A stretch of DNA of 64,000 bases from Acutalibacteraceae bacterium. Its GTDB lineage: Bacteria > Bacillota > Clostridia > Oscillospirales > Acutalibacteraceae. Under the pieces are notes generated by a model, which had not been told where the DNA came from, made no database searches, and was given only the letters and a program-made list of their open reading frames with translations. Shown piece after piece: positions 17,192-27,258 of the stretch. Location of the stretch: assembly GCA_045629305.1 (NCBI GenBank), contig JAZQQZ010000035.1, positions 47,626 through 111,625 on the forward strand, written 5' to 3'. Every line of letters begins with the position of its first letter. The stretch's first letter is position 1. Position numbers and translations under genes: made by a program.

Positions 17192-18313
17192 ATGAATCCA
17201 TCAAGAGTATATGTAGGAGTTGACCTCGCCGTTATCTCTGATAACATTCAGAAGATAAAGGATAAGATCGGACCAGACGTAAAGGTGCTGGCTGTCGTTA
17301 AGACAGACGGCTACGGTCATGGTGCGGTCGCAATGGCTCATGTTCTCAACGAGATAGGCGTTTACGCCTTCGCCGTTGCGACTATCGATGAGGCACGCGA
17401 ACTCCGCGCATCCGGTATCAGGAACCCTATTCTTATTCTTGGTTATGTTTTTCCAAATGACCTTCAGGATGTAATTGATTACAATGTCACATCAACTGTA
17501 TTCTCAGTTGAGAGTGCACGTATGATTGCGGATTATGCAATGAAACGTGGAAAGACAGCTAAGATTCATATCAAGCTTGATACAGGTATGGGACGAATTG
17601 GATTTATCCCATCTGAGGCCTCCAAGGAGGAAATCAAGCAGATATTTAAACTTCCTAATATTGAGGTTGAGGGAATATGCTCACATTTCGCAACAGCTGA
17701 CGAGCCGGACAAGTCCGCAGCTGAGGCTCAAGCAGTCCTCTTCGAGAAGTTCGTGGACGAACTCGAGGCAGAGGGATGTCATTTCCCAATAAGACATATC
17801 TGCAACTCCGCAGGAGTACTCGGCATGAATAAGAGCTATGACAACATGGTACGCGCTGGTATCATAATCTATGGTCTCTATCCAAGCAATGATGTAGATA
17901 AATCAATCGGTGTGAAGCCAGCGCTTGAACTTATATCACATGTAGCTTATGTAAAAGAGGTAGGCCCAGGATTTACTGTAAGTTATGGTTCTACCTATGT
18001 TACAGATAAGACAACTAAAATCGCCACAATCCCAGTGGGATATGGCGATGGATATCCACGTGCTTTATCTAATAATGGATATGTCCTTATTAATGGTTGC
18101 CGTGCACCGATAATTGGTCGCGTATGTATGGACCAGTTTATGGTTGATGTCACAGACGTTCCAAATGTCAAGCAGGGCGACGAGGTCGTTCTGATTGGTA
18201 AGCAGGGCGATAATGAAATCACCACTGATGAAGTCGCAACTCTCGCTGGTACAATTAATTATGAGATAATTTGCGGCATCAATAAGCGAGTACCTAGGAT
18301 CTATAAATATTAA
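17192..18313 (+). CDS. alr: Alanine racemase
   Basis: AVVKTDGYGHG (PLP lysine motif). ATG 17192 behind AGAGGTG is preferred over the upstream TTG in the track. Confidence 0.9.
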   Translation: MNPSRVYVGVDLAVISDNIQKIKDKIGPDVKVLAVVKTDGYGHGAVAMAHVLNEIGVYAFAVATIDEARELRASGIRNPILILGYVFPNDLQDVIDYNVTSTVFSVESARMIADYAMKRGKTAKIHIKLDTGMGRIGFIPSEASKEEIKQIFKLPNIEVEGICSHFATADEPDKSAAEAQAVLFEKFVDELEAEGCHFPIRHICNSAGVLGMNKSYDNMVRAGIIIYGLYPSNDVDKSIGVKPALELISHVAYVKEVGPGFTVSYGSTYVTDKTTKIATIPVGYGDGYPRALSNNGYVLINGCRAPIIGRVCMDQFMVDVTDVPNVKQGDEVVLIGKQGDNEITTDEVATLAGTINYEIICGINKRVPRIYKY

Positions 18314-18327
18314 AGAAGGATAGAAAA

Positions 18328-20061
18328 TTGAGGATAATATTTAAGTACCTAAAACCTTATATATTCCCAATTATCATCTCGGTCACTTTCTTAGTCGGAC
18401 AGGTTTTCACAGAGCTTACGCTCCCGAACCTTATGAGTGATATTGTAGATAAGGGAATACTACTTCAGGGAATCGAACCAGAGGACCAGATGTCAGTAAT
18501 TTATAACCTCGGGCTTAAAATGCTCGGGGTTTCGCTTCTATCTGTATTTTGCAGTATAGGAGTAAGTTTCCTTGCAACAAGAATTGCTGCTGGAGTGTCA
18601 CGCACAATGCGACGTGACCTCTTTAAAAAAGTAAATGATTTCGCAAGCAGTGAGATTGATCAGTTCTCAACTGCCAGTCTTATTACAAGAAACACCAACG
18701 ATGTTCAGCAGATTCAGAACTTCGTAACAATGGGTCTTAGAATGATGCTCTTCGCACCGCTCATGGGCGTTGGCTCGATTGTAATGGCACTCTCTAAGAG
18801 CCACTCGCTTGCATGGGTAATCGTAGTTGCAATCATTGTAATTATTGGCCTTCTCATTGTGCTTCTTATTGTTGCACTTCCGAAGTTCAAAATCATGCAA
18901 TCGCTTGTAGATAGGCTTAATCTCGTATCACGTGAGGACCTCTCTGGAATGCTCGTTATACGTGCATTCTCAAATGAGGGATACGAGGAGGAGAGATTTG
19001 ATACAGCCAACAAGAATCTCACATTCACGACTCGTTTCGTTCAGCGAGCACTCTCGTTTATGCTCCCTGGTGTCATGGTAATCATGACATTTACACAGGT
19101 CGCAATAATTTGGTTCGGCGCGAAACTCGTCGGAACATCAAGTCTCGCAATAGGTGACATGCTCGCATTCCTTCAGTACGCAGTTCATGTCATGATCTCA
19201 TTCATCTTCGTATCTGCAATCTTTATTATTCTTCCGAGAGCAGAGGTATCTGCAAATCGTATTAGAGAAGTTCTTGAGACGGAGATTTCAATTAAAGATA
19301 AAGAGGGGGCAGAGGAACTTCGCGACGTAGTCGGTGAAGTTGAGTTTCGCAATGTATCATTCTCATATGCAGATGATTCTGAGAATGCTCTCGAAAATAT
19401 CTCATTCAAAGCGGAGCCAGGTAAGACCACCGCATTCATCGGTGCGACCGGTTCCGGTAAGACAACACTTATAAATCTTATTCCTCGTTTCTATGATGTT
19501 ACAGAGGGTGAGATCTTAATCGATGGCCACGATATCCGTGATGTTACACTTGAAAGTCTTCGTGATGCCATCGGATATGTACCACAGAAACCTTTCCTTT
19601 TCTCAGGTACAATTGATACAAACATTAAATATGCGAACCCAGATGCCGACGTCGACTTTGCCTTGAGGATTGCTCAGGCAAAGGATATTGTCGACGCGAA
19701 AGCAGAGGGTGTTAACTCTCCAATTGCGCAGGGCGCAGCAAATGTGTCCGGCGGACAGAAGCAGAGACTGTCAGTTGCGAGAGCGGTTGCGAAAGGTGCT
19801 CCTATCTATATCTTCGACGACAGCTTCTCAGCACTTGACTTTAAGACAGACTCTGCGCTTCGCCATGCGCTCTCTGAAAATATAACCGCAACGATTCTCA
19901 TCGTTGCTCAGCGTGTGTCAACTATTATGAACGCTGATAATATAGTAGTTCTTGATGAGGGTAAAATTGTAGGACAAGGTACCCATGATGAACTCCTAGA
20001 AAATTGCGCTGCATATCGCGATATCTGCGAGAGCCAGCTTTCAAAGGAGGAGTTAGCATGA
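18328..20061 (+). CDS. ABC exporter, fused permease/ATPase, subunit 1 of a heterodimeric pair
   Basis: N-terminal 6-TM domain, Walker A GATGSGKTT, signature VSGGQKQRL. Confidence 0.9.
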   Translation: MRIIFKYLKPYIFPIIISVTFLVGQVFTELTLPNLMSDIVDKGILLQGIEPEDQMSVIYNLGLKMLGVSLLSVFCSIGVSFLATRIAAGVSRTMRRDLFKKVNDFASSEIDQFSTASLITRNTNDVQQIQNFVTMGLRMMLFAPLMGVGSIVMALSKSHSLAWVIVVAIIVIIGLLIVLLIVALPKFKIMQSLVDRLNLVSREDLSGMLVIRAFSNEGYEEERFDTANKNLTFTTRFVQRALSFMLPGVMVIMTFTQVAIIWFGAKLVGTSSLAIGDMLAFLQYAVHVMISFIFVSAIFIILPRAEVSANRIREVLETEISIKDKEGAEELRDVVGEVEFRNVSFSYADDSENALENISFKAEPGKTTAFIGATGSGKTTLINLIPRFYDVTEGEILIDGHDIRDVTLESLRDAIGYVPQKPFLFSGTIDTNIKYANPDADVDFALRIAQAKDIVDAKAEGVNSPIAQGAANVSGGQKQRLSVARAVAKGAPIYIFDDSFSALDFKTDSALRHALSENITATILIVAQRVSTIMNADNIVVLDEGKIVGQGTHDELLENCAAYRDICESQLSKEELA

Positions 20062-21908
20062 GTCAAGCCTCTTCTATTGAAAAGCAAAGCCGACCACCTA
20101 AGATGGGCGGTCGTCGCGGAATCGTAATGGGCGAAAAGGCCAAGGATACCAAGGGCACACTTAAAGCTTTCATATCCTTCCTTAAACCTTTTAAAGGAAA
20201 GCTCATATTCGTAATTATATTTGTAATTGCCGCAACGATATTATCTGTAATCAATCCGAAGGTACTCTCAATGGCAACGGATACCCTCGCCGACGGCGTC
20301 AAGCTCATGCTTGCCGGCACAGGCACGATTGATTTTAAGAGAATTGGAAAGATACTTCTTATCTGCCTCGGCCTTTATGCCGGCTCAGGTATCTTCCAAT
20401 ATCTCCAGGGCTTTATTATCGCTGGCGTATGCGCCGATGTATCTTATGATTTGCGCACACGCATTATGAAGAAGATAAATAATCTTCCTGTTGCATACTA
20501 TAATAAAGTAAGTTATGGCGACGTTCTCTCACGTATCACCAATGATGTAGATACAATCAACCAGAACCTCAATACGACTATATCAAGAGCAATAAGCTCA
20601 GCGATTACACTTATCGGTGTATTCGTAATGATGATGTCAATCAGTTGGAAACTTACTCTTGTAGTTCTTGTAACACTTCCGCTCTCCGGTGGAGTTATGG
20701 CCTTTATAATGAAGCTGTCTCAGAAACATTTCAAGAACCAGCAAAATTTTCTTGGTTCTGTAAATGGTAAAGTAGAGGAGAACTTCAGTGGTCACCTTGT
20801 TGTAAAAGCTTTCAATGGCGAAGATGAGGCCATTGAAGATTTCAACAAGGAGAATGACGCGCTCTATAATGCGGGTTGGAAGGCAAACTTCCTCTCTGGT
20901 CTTATGCAGCCGTTCATGACATTCATTGGAAATCTCGGATATGTTGCTGTATGTATTGTCGGTGCTATCATGACAACAAGAGGCACAATGACAATCGGTG
21001 GTATCCAGGCATTTATCACATATTCCAAGAATTTCACACAACCAATCTCTGAGGTTGCTCAGATATCTAACCAGTTCCAGATGCTCATTGCCGCATTCGA
21101 GCGCGTAAATGAGTTCATCTCTGAAGCTGAGATAGATGACGGAGAGATTAAGATTAAAATCGCTGACCTTGATATCAAGGGCGACATAGTATTTGACCAC
21201 GTCAAATTCAAATATGAAGATACAGATAGAATCATTATTAAGGACTTCTCTGCAAATGTTAAGGCCGGACAGAAAGTTGCAATTGTCGGTCCGACAGGTG
21301 CAGGTAAGACAACCCTTGTAAAACTTCTTATGCGCTTCCATGACATTACGGAAGGCGGAATCTATCTTGACGGACATAATATCAATGAATTTGATAGATC
21401 CGACCTCCGTACGGAGTTCGGAATGGTTCTCCAGGATACATGGCTCTATCAAGCCAGTATCAAAGAGAACATCCGTTATGGTCGCCTTAATGCTACCGAT
21501 GAAGAGGTATACGCTGCAGCGAAGGCTGCGCAAGTTGACCACTTCATCCGCACGCTCCCTGGCGGATATGAGATGGAAATCAATGAGGAAGCGAGCAACA
21601 TTTCTGCCGGCCAGAAGCAACTTCTCACTATAGCACGTGCAATTATTGCTGATTCTAAAGTTATGATTCTTGATGAAGCGACAAGTTCCGTCGACACAAG
21701 AACAGAGACAATGATTCAGGATGCTATGGATAATCTTATGAAGGGCAGAACGAGCTTCATCATAGCTCACCGCCTTTCGACTATACGCAATGCGGATCTC
21801 ATCCTCTGCCTCGACCATGGCGACATTGTCGAGCAGGGAACACATAATGAGCTCCTTGCGGCCGGCGGCTTCTATGCGAAGCTGTATAATAGCCAATTTG
21901 AAGAATAA
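20058..21908 (+). CDS. ABC exporter, fused permease/ATPase, subunit 2
   Basis: ATG 20058 overlaps the upstream stop (ATGA). Walker A GPTGAGKTT, signature ISAGQKQLL. Confidence 0.9.
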   Translation: MSQASSIEKQSRPPKMGGRRGIVMGEKAKDTKGTLKAFISFLKPFKGKLIFVIIFVIAATILSVINPKVLSMATDTLADGVKLMLAGTGTIDFKRIGKILLICLGLYAGSGIFQYLQGFIIAGVCADVSYDLRTRIMKKINNLPVAYYNKVSYGDVLSRITNDVDTINQNLNTTISRAISSAITLIGVFVMMMSISWKLTLVVLVTLPLSGGVMAFIMKLSQKHFKNQQNFLGSVNGKVEENFSGHLVVKAFNGEDEAIEDFNKENDALYNAGWKANFLSGLMQPFMTFIGNLGYVAVCIVGAIMTTRGTMTIGGIQAFITYSKNFTQPISEVAQISNQFQMLIAAFERVNEFISEAEIDDGEIKIKIADLDIKGDIVFDHVKFKYEDTDRIIIKDFSANVKAGQKVAIVGPTGAGKTTLVKLLMRFHDITEGGIYLDGHNINEFDRSDLRTEFGMVLQDTWLYQASIKENIRYGRLNATDEEVYAAAKAAQVDHFIRTLPGGYEMEINEEASNISAGQKQLLTIARAIIADSKVMILDEATSSVDTRTETMIQDAMDNLMKGRTSFIIAHRLSTIRNADLILCLDHGDIVEQGTHNELLAAGGFYAKLYNSQFEE

Positions 21909-21974
21909 AAAATGCATTTTATTCATTAAATTTGCATAAATTTGAAAATTTTTGAATTTTTATGCAAAAAATGC

Positions 21975-22003
21975 TTGCATTCTTATAAATGGTGTTGTAT
22001 ACT
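21975..22003 (+). promoter_or_regulatory. Sigma-A promoter of the amino-acid ABC operon (TTGCAT-17-TATACT)
   Basis: TTGCAT at 21975-21980, TATACT at 21998-22003. Confidence 0.55.
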
Positions 22004-22004
22004 T

Positions 22005-22043
22005 ATGCACACAGAGGGAAATCACACATTCCACTGTGTGCAT
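22005..22043 (+). promoter_or_regulatory. Inverted repeat ATGCACACAG-N19-CTGTGTGCAT at the predicted transcription start, followed by TTTT
   Basis: 10-bp perfect arms at 22005-22014 and 22034-22043, with inner GGAA/TTCC pairing. It could be an operator or a 5' hairpin/attenuator. Confidence 0.4.
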
Positions 22044-22087
22044 TTTCTTATCTCAAAATTTGTAAACAATAACTGGAGGTTATTATT

Positions 22088-22840
22088 ATGAAAAAGTTTT
22101 TAGCAGTAGTTCTCGCACTCGCAATGATCTTTGCATTTGCAGCATGCACTAAGGCACCAGCTGCAGATGATGCAGAGGCAAAAGAAACACTCGTTATGGG
22201 TACAGCAGCAGCTTTCCCACCATACGAGTTCACAGAAGCTGATGGTACTATCGTAGGTATCGATCCTGAAATCGCTAAGGCAATTGCTGACAAGCTCAAC
22301 ATGAACCTTGAGATTAAAGACATGGAATTCGGTTCACTTATCGCAGCCGTTTCTGGTGGTTCAATCGACGTAGTACTTGCTGGTATGACAGTTACAGACG
22401 AGCGTCTTGAGAGCGTTAACTTCTCTACATCATATGCTAAGGGCGTACAGTCAATCATCGTTCCAGAAGGCAGCGACATTAAGACAGCTGATGACCTTAA
22501 GGGTAAGATGATCGGTGTTCAGGCTGATACAACTGGTGATATCTATTGCACAGATGACTTCGGTCAGGAAAACGTTAAGCAGTTCACAAACGGTTCTCTC
22601 GCAGTTGAGGCTCTTAAGAATGGCCAGGTTGATTGCGTAGTAATCGATAATGAGCCAGCTAAGAATTTCGTAGCAGCTAATGAAGGCCTTAAGATCCTTG
22701 AGACAGCTTACACAGAGGAAGATTACGCTATCGCAGTTGCAAAGGGCAACGAAGAACTTCTTGAGAAGATCAACACAGCTCTTGCAGAGCTCCAGGCTGA
22801 TGGCACAATCGACAAGATCCTTGCTAAATACATTGGCTAA
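22088..22840 (+). CDS. Amino-acid ABC transporter substrate-binding lipoprotein
   Basis: Lipobox FAAC. Family-3 SBP motifs (GTAAAFPPYEF, VDVVLAGMTVTDER). Confidence 0.9.
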   Translation: MKKFLAVVLALAMIFAFAACTKAPAADDAEAKETLVMGTAAAFPPYEFTEADGTIVGIDPEIAKAIADKLNMNLEIKDMEFGSLIAAVSGGSIDVVLAGMTVTDERLESVNFSTSYAKGVQSIIVPEGSDIKTADDLKGKMIGVQADTTGDIYCTDDFGQENVKQFTNGSLAVEALKNGQVDCVVIDNEPAKNFVAANEGLKILETAYTEEDYAIAVAKGNEELLEKINTALAELQADGTIDKILAKYIG

Positions 22841-22861
22841 TTAATTCATTGATTATAAAAT

Positions 22862-22890
22862 AAGGAGCAGCATATGCTGCCCCTTGTTTT
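22862..22890 (+). terminator. Intra-operon hairpin or partial terminator between the SBP and permease genes
   Basis: AAGGAGCAGCATATGCTGCCCCTT stem followed by GTTTT. Confidence 0.5.
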
Positions 22891-22911
22891 GCGTTATAAA
22901 GGCGGTATTTT

Positions 22912-23691
22912 ATGAACTTTGTTACATTTGATAAATGGATACAAACTGCGCCTGATTGGATTAAAGGTTCGTCAGAAGGACTTCAAAGATTATTCTTCCA
23001 GATCTGGCAGACATTTATCTGCGATGACAGATGGCAACTCTTTACTAAGGGCCTTAAAATCACGTTCATTGTTACAATTGGCGCGCTCATAATTGGTATC
23101 ATAATAGGCCTTATTCTTGCTGTAATTCGTACACTCTACAGCAGTTATACGGCAACTAAACCACCAGTAATATTAAGATTTTTCAATACACTCACCAATA
23201 TCTATCTTACTGTTATCCGCGGCACACCTATGATGGTTCAGCTCCTTATCATGGGCTTCGTAATCATTGTTCCTAAGACAGAAACTCAAAGTATACTTTG
23301 CGGTATTTTGACTCTCGGAATTAACTCTGGTGCCTATGTTGCAGAGATTATACGTTCTGGTCTTATGTCAATCGATAAGGGCCAGACGGAGGCAGGTAGA
23401 AGCCTTGGATTCAACTATATCCAGACAATGTGGTATATAGTAATTCCTCAAGCAATTAAAAATATTCTTCCAGCTCTCGGCAACGAGATGATTACACTTC
23501 TTAAAGATACATCACTTGTATCCGTAATTGCACTTCGTGATGTTACAAAGCAGGCACAGAACGTCCAGAGTCTTACATATCAGGCTTTGGTACCATATAT
23601 AAGCCTTGCTCTTATCTATCTCGTAATTGTACTTGTACTTACTAAACTTTTGAATATGTTGGAAAAGAGGTTGAGGAAGAGTGAACACTGA
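22912..23691 (+). CDS. Amino-acid ABC transporter permease
   Basis: EAA-loop-like [33 protein letters not shown]. Confidence 0.9.
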   Translation: MNFVTFDKWIQTAPDWIKGSSEGLQRLFFQIWQTFICDDRWQLFTKGLKITFIVTIGALIIGIIIGLILAVIRTLYSSYTATKPPVILRFFNTLTNIYLTVIRGTPMMVQLLIMGFVIIVPKTETQSILCGILTLGINSGAYVAEIIRSGLMSIDKGQTEAGRSLGFNYIQTMWYIVIPQAIKNILPALGNEMITLLKDTSLVSVIALRDVTKQAQNVQSLTYQALVPYISLALIYLVIVLVLTKLLNMLEKRLRKSEH

Positions 23692-24424
23692 TACTGAGAT
23701 TTTGCTCAAGGTTGATGGGCTTAAGAAATCCTTTGGTGCCCATGAGGTCCTCAAAGGAATCAACCTCGATATTCATAAGGGCGAAGTGGTAGTTATTATT
23801 GGAGCATCTGGCTCGGGTAAGTCAACTTTCCTTCGTTGCCTTAACTGTCTTGAAGATCCAACAGGTGGAGACATTTATTTCGACGGAGTAGATATTGCTG
23901 ATCCTTCAGTTGATATCAATATTCATAGACAGAAGATGGGAATGGTATTCCAGCATTTCAATCTTTTCCCTCATATGACAGTACTCCGCAATATGACAAT
24001 TGCTCCAATGAAACTGCTTGGAAAGTCACAGGCTGACGCTGAGGCCAAAGCTATAGAACTTCTCAAGACCGTAGGCCTTGAGGACAGAGCGGAGTCCTAT
24101 CCGGCTCAGCTCTCAGGCGGACAGAAGCAGCGTGTAGCAATCGTGCGTGCGCTTGCGATGGAGCCAGATGTTATGCTCTTCGACGAGCCGACATCCGCAC
24201 TTGACCCTGAGATGGTAGGAGAAGTTCTCGACGTTATGAAGAACCTCGCAAACGAGGGTATGACAATGGTAGTTGTAACTCATGAGATGGGCTTCGCACG
24301 TGAAGTTGGCGACAGAGTAATCTTCATGGATGACGGCGTCATCGGCGAAGAGGGAACACCTGACGAGATATTCAACAATCCGAAGTCTGAGAGACTTCAG
24401 TCATTCCTTGCAAAAGTACTATAA
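23681..24424 (+). CDS. Amino-acid ABC transporter ATP-binding protein
   Basis: GTG start. Walker [10 protein letters not shown], signature LSGGQKQRV, Walker [12 protein letters not shown]. Confidence 0.92.
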   Translation: MNTDTEILLKVDGLKKSFGAHEVLKGINLDIHKGEVVVIIGASGSGKSTFLRCLNCLEDPTGGDIYFDGVDIADPSVDINIHRQKMGMVFQHFNLFPHMTVLRNMTIAPMKLLGKSQADAEAKAIELLKTVGLEDRAESYPAQLSGGQKQRVAIVRALAMEPDVMLFDEPTSALDPEMVGEVLDVMKNLANEGMTMVVVTHEMGFAREVGDRVIFMDDGVIGEEGTPDEIFNNPKSERLQSFLAKVL

Positions 24425-24502
24425 TTTAATTGCATATTATATATTATTATGATAATATAAGGTGTAATTATCTAATTTGTGGTATCTGGAGGTTATCAAC
24501 TT

Positions 24503-25555
24503 ATGACACTAGCAGAATTACTTAAGGTTGCAGAAGAAAATAAGGCTTCTGATGTACATATTACTGTAGGTGTTCCGCCACTTATGCGTGTACACGGTTC
24601 TATGGTTCAGATTCCTAACCAGCCACGTCTTATGGCTGAGGATGTAGAGGCTCTCGTAAAGGGCATCATGGGCGAATTCCAGAAGCGTGCATTTGCAGAG
24701 CGTGGTGAAATCGACTTTTCATTCGGTCTCGCTGGAATGGGACGTTACCGTGTTAATGTATTCCGTCAGCGTGGTACAACAGCTGCAGTATTCCGTCTTG
24801 TAGGTTCTAAGATTCCTGATCCTCGTGATCTCGGTGTTCCTGAGTCAGTTATCGATCTTTATCAGCTCAAGTCTGGTCTTGTTCTCGTAACAGGTCCTAC
24901 AGGTTCTGGTAAGTCTACAACTCTTGCATCACTCCTTGGCCTTATTAATGATAACCTCAATGACCATATCATCACTTTGGAGGACCCTATCGAGTACCTT
25001 CATAGACATAACAAATCAATCGTTAACCAGAGGGAAATCGGCGTAGATACACGTTCTTATGCTGCAGCTCTTCGTGCTGCACTTCGTGAGGACCCTGATG
25101 TTATCCTTGTAGGTGAGATGCGTGACCTTGAGACTATCTCTACAGCAGTAACAGCTGCCGAGACAGGACACTTGGTATTCTCCACACTTCATACAATTGG
25201 ATGCGCAGAGACAATCGACCGTGTAATCGACGTATTCCCAACTGATCAGCAGGATCAGATTCGTGTACAGCTTTCAATGGTACTTGAAGCTGTTGTTTCT
25301 CAGAGACTTATCCCTACAATGGATGGTAACGGACGAGTTGCAGCATTCGAGGTAATGCTTGCAGATTCAGCTATCCGTAACCTTATCCGTGAGGGTAAGA
25401 ACTATCAGATTCCATCTGCAATGCAGTCTGGTAAGAAGAAGGGCATGCAGACAATGGATGATTGTCTCTATGATCTTTACACATCTGGTAAAATCACTAG
25501 AAAGAATGCTATGCTTTACGCTACTGACCAGGAAGAAATGGGCAGACGTATGTAA
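24503..25555 (+). CDS. pilT: Type IV pilus retraction ATPase PilT
   Basis: Walker A GPTGSGKST, Walker B DVILVGEMRD, His box FSTLHT, and the PilT-specific AIRNLIREGK motif. ATG 24503 behind GGAGG is preferred. Confidence 0.88.
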   Translation: MTLAELLKVAEENKASDVHITVGVPPLMRVHGSMVQIPNQPRLMAEDVEALVKGIMGEFQKRAFAERGEIDFSFGLAGMGRYRVNVFRQRGTTAAVFRLVGSKIPDPRDLGVPESVIDLYQLKSGLVLVTGPTGSGKSTTLASLLGLINDNLNDHIITLEDPIEYLHRHNKSIVNQREIGVDTRSYAAALRAALREDPDVILVGEMRDLETISTAVTAAETGHLVFSTLHTIGCAETIDRVIDVFPTDQQDQIRVQLSMVLEAVVSQRLIPTMDGNGRVAAFEVMLADSAIRNLIREGKNYQIPSAMQSGKKKGMQTMDDCLYDLYTSGKITRKNAMLYATDQEEMGRRM

Positions 25556-25568
25556 TTTCGGTGAATTT

Positions 25569-27077
25569 ATGATTAAACGTAGTTCTGGAATTTTGATGCC
25601 AATCGCATCGTTACCATCTGAATACGGAATAGGAACACTCGGCAAAGCTGCTTACAGCTTTGTCGATTTCCTTTATAGTGCGGGCCAAAGTTGGTGGCAG
25701 ATATTGCCGGTTGGCCCGACAAGTTACGGCGATTCCCCGTATCAGAGCTTTTCAACTTTTGCTGGAAATCCATATTTTATCGACCTTGATATGTTGATAG
25801 AAGATGGTCTCCTTAAGAAATCAGACCTTCAAGGAATTGACTGGGGTTCTGATGACAGTAAAGTTGACTATGAAAAAATCTACAACAATAGATTTAATAT
25901 TTTAAGACTTGCAGTAAAGAATTCAAAAGGACAGGACGATCCTGATTTTATTGCATTCTATAATGATAATCAGCGTTGGCTTTCAGAGTATGCTCTTTAT
26001 ATGGCAGTAAAAGAGCATAACGATATGAAGTCCTGGTGTGATTGGGATGATGAAGACATTCGTCTTCACAGGCCAGATGCAGTGGAAAGATATAAAAATG
26101 AGCTCGAAGAAGAAATTCTCTTCTATCAATATATTCAATTCCTTTTCTATAAGCAGTGGGATGCACTTCGTCTCTATGCCAAAAGTAAAGGTATCGGCAT
26201 AATTGGGGATATTCCAATTTATGTCGCCCTTGACTCGGCAGATGTGTGGTCTGATCCACGCGAATTTCAGCTTGATGAGAAGAACTGTCCGAAGGCAGTG
26301 GCGGGTGTACCACCTGACTACTTCTCCGAGGACGGACAGCTCTGGGGCAATCCACTCTACGATTGGGACTATATGAAGTCAGACGGATACGGCTGGTGGA
26401 TCAGGCGCATCGAGGGCGCAAGTAAGCTCTATGATGTAATTCGTATTGACCATTTCCGCGGATTCGAGTCATATTGGGCAGTACCTTATGGCGAGAAGAC
26501 TGCAAAGAATGGCGAGTGGATTCCGGGACCTGGAATGAATTTTGTATCAGTTCTAAAGAACTGGTTCTGGAATATTGACTTTATAGCAGAGGACCTCGGC
26601 ATCTTAACGGATGATGTCCGAACTCTTCTTAAAGATTCCACATTCCCTGGAATGAAGGTATTGGAATTCGCATTTGATTCTAAGGAACCTTCTGACTATC
26701 TTCCTTATAACTACGATAAAAATTGCGTATGCTATGCCGGCACTCACGACAATGATACATTGGTCGGATGGATAAAAACAGCTGATAAAGCAGACTTGAA
26801 ATTTGCAAGAGAATACCTAAATGTCAAGACAGACAAAGAACTTCCAATGGCTATAATTAGAGTGGGAGAGGCGTCAAATGCCGACCTGTTTGTCGCAGGA
26901 CTTTGGGATTGGTTGGAACTTCCGACAAATTGCAGAATTAACACACCAGGAACACTTGGAGGTAACTGGGAGTGGAGACTTGATGGCAATCTTTTGACAA
27001 GAAAACTTGCCGATGAAATAAAGAAGATTACATGTCTTTATGGCCGAGCAAAATTCCTTGACATTGAGGCTAAATGA
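25569..27077 (+). CDS. malQ: 4-alpha-glucanotransferase (amylomaltase)
   Basis: MIKRSSGILMPIASLPSEYGIGTLG..., GPTSYGDSPYQS, IRIDHFRGF. The ORF-track 5' extension into pilT is spurious. Confidence 0.9.
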   Translation: MIKRSSGILMPIASLPSEYGIGTLGKAAYSFVDFLYSAGQSWWQILPVGPTSYGDSPYQSFSTFAGNPYFIDLDMLIEDGLLKKSDLQGIDWGSDDSKVDYEKIYNNRFNILRLAVKNSKGQDDPDFIAFYNDNQRWLSEYALYMAVKEHNDMKSWCDWDDEDIRLHRPDAVERYKNELEEEILFYQYIQFLFYKQWDALRLYAKSKGIGIIGDIPIYVALDSADVWSDPREFQLDEKNCPKAVAGVPPDYFSEDGQLWGNPLYDWDYMKSDGYGWWIRRIEGASKLYDVIRIDHFRGFESYWAVPYGEKTAKNGEWIPGPGMNFVSVLKNWFWNIDFIAEDLGILTDDVRTLLKDSTFPGMKVLEFAFDSKEPSDYLPYNYDKNCVCYAGTHDNDTLVGWIKTADKADLKFAREYLNVKTDKELPMAIIRVGEASNADLFVAGLWDWLELPTNCRINTPGTLGGNWEWRLDGNLLTRKLADEIKKITCLYGRAKFLDIEAK

Positions 27078-27107
27078 TTATAAAATAATCTACGTTAAAA
27101 AGAATAT

Positions 27108-27247
27108 TTCTTATCAAGAGAGGCGTATCGGGAACAGGCCCTTGGCGCCCAGCAACCTGGCTTTTGCTAAGGTGCTAAATCCTGCGGTTTATGCCGAAAG
27201 ATAAGGTTTTTAAAGCCCTTCGGCATGGCCGAAGGGCTTTTATTTTA
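27108..27247 (+). promoter_or_regulatory. SAM-I (S-box) riboswitch with an intrinsic terminator, controlling metK
   Basis: TTCTTATCAAGAGAGGCG...GGCCC...GCCCAGCAACC...AAGGTGCTAAATCCTGC...AGATAAG matches the S-box core. The terminator is AAAGCCCTTCGGCATGGCCGAAGGGCTTTTATTTT. The anti-terminator pairing is ATGCCGAA with TTCGGCAT. Confidence 0.9.
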
Positions 27248-27258
27248 GGAGGATTTAT

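Noticed and set aside
20637-21926. A 429-aa ORF on the minus strand, the longest unexplained ORF in the track
   Set aside because: It lies entirely antisense to the second ABC exporter gene. That gene has unambiguous Walker A, signature and Walker B motifs on the plus strand. The antisense translation is Cys/Ile/Leu-rich with no motif and no RBS. It is a shadow ORF.
21938-21961. A possible CodY box (AATTTTCWGAAAATT) in AAATTTGAAAATTTTTGAATTTT
   Set aside because: The best hand alignments need at least 3-4 mismatches or a 2-nt deletion in the core. In AT-rich DNA like this that is not distinguishable from chance without a scored matrix.
25359-25568. The 5' extension of malQ overlapping the pilT 3' end by about 200 nt
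   Set aside because: The extension has no homology-like features. The conserved amylomaltase N-terminus begins at ATG 25569, just after the pilT stop.
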